DNA from: Candidatus Pacearchaeota archaeon
GTDB taxonomy: Archaea > Nanobdellota > Nanobdellia > Pacearchaeales > UBA284
Length of the DNA stretch: 32,000 nt
Assembly: GCA_026016245.1 (NCBI GenBank)
Contig: CP061211.1
Location: 240,001-272,000, forward strand
Direction of reading: 5' to 3'
Position numbers and translations under genes: made by a program. The first letter of the stretch is position 1, and each line of letters opens with the position of its first letter. This document shows positions 26,730 to 32,000 of the stretch, piece by piece. Below the pieces are notes generated by a model. The model made no database searches. It saw nothing but the letters and a program-made list of their open reading frames with translations, and was not told the DNA's origin.

Positions 26730-27671
26730 TTACCTTACAAATATTACTTTTTCTGGTTTTGTAATCAATCCTTCTGACTCAGGGCATACAAAATAAACTC
26801 CCTGATTCAAGCCGTTCATACCTATCTTATCTGTTGATCTTAGTGTCTTTACTTTTCTTCCATACACATCAAAAAGATGTACTTTGTCAACTTTCCTGTT
26901 CAATCTTACTATATCTGTGGTAATATTTCCCTTTACTAGAGAAAATGGCTCTTTAACTCTGTTCTCAAGATCTTCTTTTACTCCAGTTAATTCAAAGACT
27001 AATGAATCAGCAATTAGTTGTGCATCTCCGAGTGCTTTATCAACTGTCCAATCAAGGTATTGCATAACAGGGCCTAATGTAAATTCTGATCTAATTGAAC
27101 CTTCTGGTTGTGGGTCTATGTTTTCAGCATTAAAAGCATGGTAAAAATGATTTCCTAGATTTACATTCAATTCAGAAGTGTCTTTCAAAGAAGGGTTTTT
27201 GAAATTATATGATATTACCCTAACTAAAGAATCTGTTGTTCCCATCTTGTTTATAATTTTTCCTATATTTGCTGCGTGCACTGGCAATGAATCATTAGGA
27301 TTGTTTAAGAATACTTCCCAAGCTCTTATAAATTCCTCATTATCAAAAGGAATCTTCGCAATTGTTTGATATATTTTGCCATCTCTATTTGCTTTTGCTA
27401 GATAATTAAGAGTGTCTCCTGGTCGTGGTTGATGAATTTGCCACTGACCATATGGAAGATGGCTTTTTCCTTCCTCATTAAATGTGCCTTGAGTATAATC
27501 AGGATATCCTGGTATCCAAAGTTTTGATGTATCTCCCTGAAGTGCTTGAACTGAATCTGTAGAAGGATTTGCATAGAATTCTAAAGCTCTAGTTCTTGGT
27601 TTATCAATTATTACTGGCATTGAAGGTTGACCACTTGTCGCCAGATATAAAATTATTTGACCAACTACCAT
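26730..27671 (-). CDS. Protein with C-terminal T9SS type-A-like sorting domain; possible LysM-like segment
   Basis: C-terminus VDKVHLFDVYGRKVKTLRSTDKIGMNGLNQGVYFVCPESEGLITKPEKVIFVR matches the Por/T9SS CTD pattern (lyDvxGRxVktL...GxYfv...TxKvixvR). IHQPRPGDTLNYLAKAN is LysM-like (weak). Confidence 0.7.
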   Translation of the reverse strand: MVVGQIILYLATSGQPSMPVIIDKPRTRALEFYANPSTDSVQALQGDTSKLWIPGYPDYTQGTFNEEGKSHLPYGQWQIHQPRPGDTLNYLAKANRDGKIYQTIAKIPFDNEEFIRAWEVFLNNPNDSLPVHAANIGKIINKMGTTDSLVRVISYNFKNPSLKDTSELNVNLGNHFYHAFNAENIDPQPEGSIRSEFTLGPVMQYLDWTVDKALGDAQLIADSLVFELTGVKEDLENRVKEPFSLVKGNITTDIVRLNRKVDKVHLFDVYGRKVKTLRSTDKIGMNGLNQGVYFVCPESEGLITKPEKVIFVR

Positions 27672-27735
27672 ATTTTTTATAGGCCTCTTGTGTTTATAAA
27701 TATTTCGATTGTTGTCATTCGAAAGTGATTTTAAA

Positions 27736-28065
27736 TCAAGGATTTTCTTTGGCTATATATTCTTCTCCTAAGAAGCGCATTTCATGAATATCATCATCAA
27801 AATTTTTTCCTTTTACATATTTGCTTGTGATTTCATTATAAATTTTATCTAAGAGTTTTAATTTATCAAAAGATGATTTCTTCCTTATCAAATCAGATAA
27901 GACAGTAGTTCTTTTCATTGGTTCTGATATGTCCTCCCCTATTTTTAATTTCAAAGCAATCTCTTTTCTATACTTTCTAAATTCTTCCCACAGCTCGGTT
28001 ATAGAATTATCTTCATAAATTTGTGCTATGATAGTGTAATCTGGAATAATTTCTTTAATTTCCAT
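27736..28065 (-). CDS. Hypothetical protein downstream of radB (start possibly 28065 rather than 28101)
   Basis: MEIKEIIPDYTIIAQIYEDNSITELWEEFRKYRKEIALKLKIG...; ATG at 28065 lies immediately after the radB stop (TAAAATG arrangement); 28101 would give a 35-nt overlap. Confidence 0.65.
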   Translation of the reverse strand: MEIKEIIPDYTIIAQIYEDNSITELWEEFRKYRKEIALKLKIGEDISEPMKRTTVLSDLIRKKSSFDKLKLLDKIYNEITSKYVKGKNFDDDIHEMRFLGEEYIAKENP

Positions 28066-28066
28066 T

Positions 28067-28795
28067 TTAGAAGAATTTGAAGAATTTGCGCTTTTCTCCA
28101 AAAAGTCCTTTATTGGTTATCATGAAAACAAACTCTTTTTCAGGCAGACTTCTATGTTTTCTAAGGATGGCTTTTTTCCTGTTCTGGCCAAAATTCTGAA
28201 GTTCGATTATGCATTTGCTCCAATATTTCATTATATCCCCACCAACCATAGATACAGGTTTTGGTTTGCCTGCTTCAAAATCTTTTCTTGAGATGAATTC
28301 ACTATAGACTTGATCTGTTATTAAAACTGGAATTTGTTTTTTTCTTGCTATCTCACTAAGAATTCTCATCTGTCTAGCAAGGCTCCTGTTGATGATCATG
28401 ATTTTTTCCTTATCTTGCTCTTGATTTGCCTGTCCAAGTTCTAATCTGTATAACATGACCATACTATCTACTATAATTAAACCAATATCTTCTTTAATTA
28501 AATCAAGAAGTTTATTGAAAGCCTCGCGTTGTTCAGAAAAGTTTGTGGCCTTAAGAAGAAAAATATTTTTCATGATTTCTTCTGAAGTAAGCTGTTTTAG
28601 TCTATCTACAGAAAAGCCACCCTCTGTATCTATAAAAACAACTTTTTTTCCTTTAGCAGCTATTGATGCTGCTGCAAGAAGGCAAAGGTTGGTTTTTCCA
28701 CTACCAGCTGGTCCATAAAAAGTTGTTATGATATCCTTCTCATAACCTCCTGCAAGCCATTCATCTAAATTATGAGAGCCAGTTGATATTTTCAT
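28067..28795 (-). CDS. radB: DNA repair and recombination protein RadB
   Basis: MKISTGSHNLDEWLAGGYEKDIITTFYGPAGSGKTNLCLLAA...VFIDTEGGFSVDRL...LIIVDSMVMLYRLE...ITDQVYSE; short RadA-like ATPase without N-terminal HhH domain. Confidence 0.92.
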   Translation of the reverse strand: MKISTGSHNLDEWLAGGYEKDIITTFYGPAGSGKTNLCLLAAASIAAKGKKVVFIDTEGGFSVDRLKQLTSEEIMKNIFLLKATNFSEQREAFNKLLDLIKEDIGLIIVDSMVMLYRLELGQANQEQDKEKIMIINRSLARQMRILSEIARKKQIPVLITDQVYSEFISRKDFEAGKPKPVSMVGGDIMKYWSKCIIELQNFGQNRKKAILRKHRSLPEKEFVFMITNKGLFGEKRKFFKFF

Positions 28796-28876
28796 TACTA
28801 AAAATAGAGGAAAAAGTTAATAAGTTTTACTATATAGGAACGTAAGGTTTATAAAAAATAGATTGATAATGATAAG

Positions 28877-29260
28877 ATGAAAGAGATAATTCCTCCTAAA
28901 ATTTCAATTAATGAATTTAGGGTTGAGACTCTGAATGTAGGAAAAAAATTCTTAGATGTTTCTTTTAGCTATACTATAAGAATTGAAAATCTAAGAGATG
29001 ATGGAAGAATCTATAGGAGATTCATTTTTAGGGATAATATCATAAATTTTATTCTTGATATTCTAGCTGATTTGAAGAAAGTAGCAGGAACAGAGACTGC
29101 TGAGATTGAGGATAGTGAGGATATTAAGGAGAAATTAGTTAACACAATGGATAGATTAACTCTGGAGATTAGTGATCTTAGGAAAATAAAAGATCATGAA
29201 AAATTCTTGAAAGCTTTTAACAGAGTTAATTGTTATAAGGCAAGTTTTGAGAGTGTTTAG
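28877..29260 (+). CDS. Hypothetical protein, 127 aa
   Basis: Intact ORF with TATA-like GTTTATAAAAA ~25 nt upstream of the ATG (leaderless). Confidence 0.7.
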   Translation: MKEIIPPKISINEFRVETLNVGKKFLDVSFSYTIRIENLRDDGRIYRRFIFRDNIINFILDILADLKKVAGTETAEIEDSEDIKEKLVNTMDRLTLEISDLRKIKDHEKFLKAFNRVNCYKASFESV

Positions 29261-29350
29261 ATTTTTTCTTCTGTTCCTTTTTTTGTTTTTTCATTTTTTA
29301 CTTCCTTATATTTAATTTTATCTTTATTTACATGCACTCTTATGAATGAC

Positions 29351-29515
29351 TTAACAATCATCTAATTCACATGCATTGCTATACTGTTGCTTTATTTTTT
29401 GATACTCTTTTACTAATTCATCATGTTCCCTAAAAGTATCAAAATTGGGATTCCAACTATCTAAACGATCTTCAATAATACGCATCTTGTAATACAATGT
29501 TTGTCCGTCTTCCAT
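29351..29515 (-). CDS. Small protein, 54 aa (not in ORF track)
   Basis: Translated by eye: MEDGQTLYYKMRIIEDRLDSWNPNFDTFREHDELVKEYQKIKQQYSNACELDDC*. Strong Shine-Dalgarno AAGGAGGT upstream (AATAAGGAGGTTAAACAAAAATGG). Confidence 0.65.
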   Translation of the reverse strand: MEDGQTLYYKMRIIEDRLDSWNPNFDTFREHDELVKEYQKIKQQYSNACELDDC

Positions 29516-29654
29516 TTTTGTTTAACCTCCTTATTTGTTTTTGTTTATTTTATTTTTGTTATTTGATAATAGTAACATTAAAATAGGGTATATAAATATT
29601 TGTTGTCAGATTACCTAACGAAACTTTTAAAAAGAACAGAACATTATTTTATTT

Positions 29655-30383
29655 ATGAATAAGAATATATTAAGAAAAATCGGCCTCACTGATTCAGAGC
29701 TAGAAATTTATCTTGATATTGTTAAGCATGGAGAAAGTCTTGCTTCTGAAATAGCTCCAAGAATAAAAATTTCAAGAACCTATATTTATGACTCCCTCCA
29801 AAATTTGATTAGTAAAGGTCTAATTGTTTATGTTATTAAAAATGGCCGACGATACTTCAAAGCTCTTGAGGTAGAAAAACTTCTTGAATATCTTGATGAA
29901 AAAAAGGAGGAAATAGAAAAGCAGAAGAAAGATGTTCTTGATTTAATCAAAGAGTTAAAGGTTTTTCAAAAACCTATTAGAGAAAAGCCAATTGTTGAGA
30001 TTTTTGAAGGAAAAGAAGGTTTAAAGACAATATTAAATGATATTGTTAAACAAGGTAAAGATATTGTTGCGTGGGGAGCAACAGATAGGATTAAAAATTA
30101 TCTACCAGAATGGTTTTTAGAAAGATATGTTAAAGAAAAAGTAAAAAAAAGAATTGAAACAAGACAATTTTATGTTGAAGGTGAAAAGACTTTAGAAGGG
30201 CCCGGTTATATTCTCAAAGCTGTTTCAAAAGAATTCTCAAATCCAGTAACTTTTGGGGCCTATGCTGATAGAATTATTATTTTCTTTTGGTCAGAAATTC
30301 CTATTATAATACGAGTCAAAAATAAAAACATAGCAAATTCTTTTAGAAAACATTTTGAATTTTTATGGAAAAAGATTAAATAA
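29655..30383 (+). CDS. TrmB-like transcriptional regulator
   Basis: MNKNILRKIGLTDSELEIYLDIVKHGESLASEIAPRIKISRTYIYDSLQNLISKGLI HTH; C-terminal VEIFEGKEGLKTILNDIV...VAWGATDRIKNYLPEW, TFGAYADRIIIFFWSE as in TrmB-family effector domains. Confidence 0.88.
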   Translation: MNKNILRKIGLTDSELEIYLDIVKHGESLASEIAPRIKISRTYIYDSLQNLISKGLIVYVIKNGRRYFKALEVEKLLEYLDEKKEEIEKQKKDVLDLIKELKVFQKPIREKPIVEIFEGKEGLKTILNDIVKQGKDIVAWGATDRIKNYLPEWFLERYVKEKVKKRIETRQFYVEGEKTLEGPGYILKAVSKEFSNPVTFGAYADRIIIFFWSEIPIIIRVKNKNIANSFRKHFEFLWKKIK

Positions 30384-30386
30384 AAA

Positions 30387-30977
30387 CTAACTTTTTTCTT
30401 CTACCTTACCTTTAGGTTCTTTTTCAAAAAATATTTGAGCTTGGAATTTGTAAATTCTACATTCTGGGTTTAACCATATTTCTGTAGGCAATCCAGCTTT
30501 GATACAAGTTGCTCTTAAAAATTCAAGGACATTCCATTTCTGCTCTAAAGATACTTGTGGTAAGAGCAGGCCAGAAAAATGATGTGTTTGAACAATAAGG
30601 CCATCTTTTCCTATCTCAATTTTTTCTAAAATGTCCTGTCCTTTTGCTTTAATTTGTTCTGGAACTGTTAATACAGAAATCTCTATAATTATATTATCTA
30701 ACTCTCCTTTCTCAAGAGGCATGAATCTTGTATCAGAAAATGCAGCAGATTTTGCAGCTTCAACAACAGCCAAAGCAAGAGATTTTATAGGATAAGGAAA
30801 GCCTATACAGCCTCGAAGTTCTCTAGATGGAAATTTATTCAGTGTGACAAAAACTCCTTGATTTTTAGAAAATTCTTTTTTCTCTTCTTCAAAATCTAAT
30901 TCCTGTCCAGAAAACTGAGATTCTATTGCTTTTCTCGCTAGACTTATTAATTTAAAACCTTGATCTAGAGATAACAT
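30387..30977 (-). CDS. AMMECR1-domain protein (track start 30983; ATG 30977 more plausible)
   Basis: GVFVTLNKFPSRELRGCIGFPYPIKSLALAVVEAAKSAAFSDTRFMPLEKGELDNIIIEISVLT; LRGCIG is the AMMECR1 signature. Confidence 0.93.
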   Translation of the reverse strand: MLSLDQGFKLISLARKAIESQFSGQELDFEEEKKEFSKNQGVFVTLNKFPSRELRGCIGFPYPIKSLALAVVEAAKSAAFSDTRFMPLEKGELDNIIIEISVLTVPEQIKAKGQDILEKIEIGKDGLIVQTHHFSGLLLPQVSLEQKWNVLEFLRATCIKAGLPTEIWLNPECRIYKFQAQIFFEKEPKGKVEEKS

Positions 30978-30982
30978 TTTCA

Positions 30983-31055
30983 TGCCCCCACCGGGATTCG
31001 AACCCGGGTCCTAGCCTCGAAAGGGCTAAATGCTTGGCCTCTACACCATGGGGGC
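30983..31055 (-). tRNA. tRNA-Glu (anticodon UUC)
   Basis: GCCCCCATGGTGTAGAGGCCAAGCATTTAGCCCTTTCGAGGCTAGGACCCGGGTTCGAATCCCGGTGGGGGCA: acceptor stem GCCCCCA/TGGGGGC, anticodon stem TAGCC/GGCTA with loop CTTTCGA, T arm CCGGG-TTCGAAT-CCCGG. Confidence 0.97.
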
Positions 31056-31081
31056 TTGAAAGAAAGAGAGGAGAGAAACTT

Positions 31082-32000
31082 TTAAACTTTTTTATCTAAT
31101 AATTTAGGATAAACCTCTTTGAAATAAACATCCAAAAGCCTAGAATCAAACTGGGGTTCCATTTTTTTCATTATTTCGACAGATTCTTTTAGAGTATATT
31201 TTTCAGGTTCTCCCCTTGCTTTTCTGTAAGGCCTCTTTGATGTCAAGGCATCAGCAACATCTGCAATAAAAACTATCCTAGCCTCAAGAGGGATATTCTC
31301 TCCTTTTAATCCAAGAGGGTAACCGCTTCCATCATAATGTTCGTGATGAAGCCTTATTACATTAAGTAAAATCCTGTCTTGGGCAGGATTTGCTCCATAT
31401 TCAAGCATTAGATGATAACCTTTCTCTGAATGAGCCTTAACAGGGTTTTCTTCTGGAGTAAAAGCTTCTTCACTATCTAAAGTATCGTCCCTAATTTTTA
31501 CTTTTCCTATGTCATGCCATTGCCCTGCCAAATTCAACTTTTTAATGAATATTTTGTTTAAACCTATTACTTCGGCAATCTCACATGATCTTTTTGTTAC
31601 TCTTTTAGCATGTCCTTTAAGATATGGATGTTGACTTTCTAGATAAGTATAAGTATCTTTCCCAAATTCAAGATGTCTGTTTTTTATTAATTTCATTATC
31701 TCTATCCATGGGGCTATTTGATATGTTGCTATTTTCATTACCTCAATATCAATATTTGAAAAAGCGTCTTTTTTTTCACTTATTACTTCTAAAACTCCTA
31801 CTGGTTTTCCCCTTGTTTTAATTGGGATAACTAAAGAAGAATTGGCTTTTTCATAAGTAACTCCTCTATCTAAAAAAATAGGTTTTACTTTGCTTTTATC
31901 CCATTTTTTATGCAGATCAGGGGCATATAAAGTTTCGCCTGTCTCAACAGCTCTTCCAATAAATCCCTTGCCTGTAGAATATATTAGCTCTGCTGTTTCT
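31082..32000 (-). CDS. GAF-domain + HD-GYP-domain protein (partial, continues past right edge)
   Basis: Frame is open from 31738 to the window edge: ETAELIYSTGKGFIGRAVETGETLYAPDLHKKWDKSKVKPIFLDRGVTYEKANSSLVIPIKTRGKPVGVLEVISEKKDAFSNIDIEV (GAF), then GQWHDIGKVKI...LHHEHYDGSGYPLGLKGENIPLEARIVFIADVADALTSKRPYR (HD-GYP). Confidence 0.9.
   Translation of the reverse strand, partial: ETAELIYSTGKGFIGRAVETGETLYAPDLHKKWDKSKVKPIFLDRGVTYEKANSSLVIPIKTRGKPVGVLEVISEKKDAFSNIDIEVMKIATYQIAPWIEIMKLIKNRHLEFGKDTYTYLESQHPYLKGHAKRVTKRSCEIAEVIGLNKIFIKKLNLAGQWHDIGKVKIRDDTLDSEEAFTPEENPVKAHSEKGYHLMLEYGANPAQDRILLNVIRLHHEHYDGSGYPLGLKGENIPLEARIVFIADVADALTSKRPYRKARGEPEKYTLKESVEIMKKMEPQFDSRLLDVYFKEVYPKLLDKKV

Overview
AT-rich (by eye), gene-dense window that looks like a DPANN-type (Woese-/Pacearchaeota-like) archaeal chromosome. 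Supporting genes are an archaeal family-B DNA polymerase (cut by the left edge), FEN-1 with a C-terminal PIP-like box, archaeal-type glutamyl-tRNA synthetase, topoisomerase I, a KaiC/RecA-like ATPase, RadB, a TrmB-like regulator, AMMECR1, tRNA-Glu(UUC), and a GAF + HD-GYP protein cut by the right edge. The accessory content includes a ~2,340-aa mosaic surface protein followed by a small membrane paralogue of its C-terminal anchor. Next to these lie a small wHTH gene with an upstream near-palindrome and a protein with a T9SS-like C-terminal sorting domain. There is also a block of poorly characterised genes (Hsp20-like + zinc ribbon, nucleotidyltransferase + possible HEPN, a TIM-barrel protein, charged/coiled-coil proteins). 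I found two small ORFs missing from the supplied track (46 aa and 54 aa), each with its own expression signal. I found no CRISPR array, transposase or convincing defence island. The strongest leads are the mosaic surface protein and its duplicated cytoplasmic-tail module, the T9SS-like domain in an archaeon, HD-GYP and LspA in an archaeon, the two small ORFs, and the tRNA-Glu/AMMECR1 junction. All family calls come from reading motifs, with no database search.
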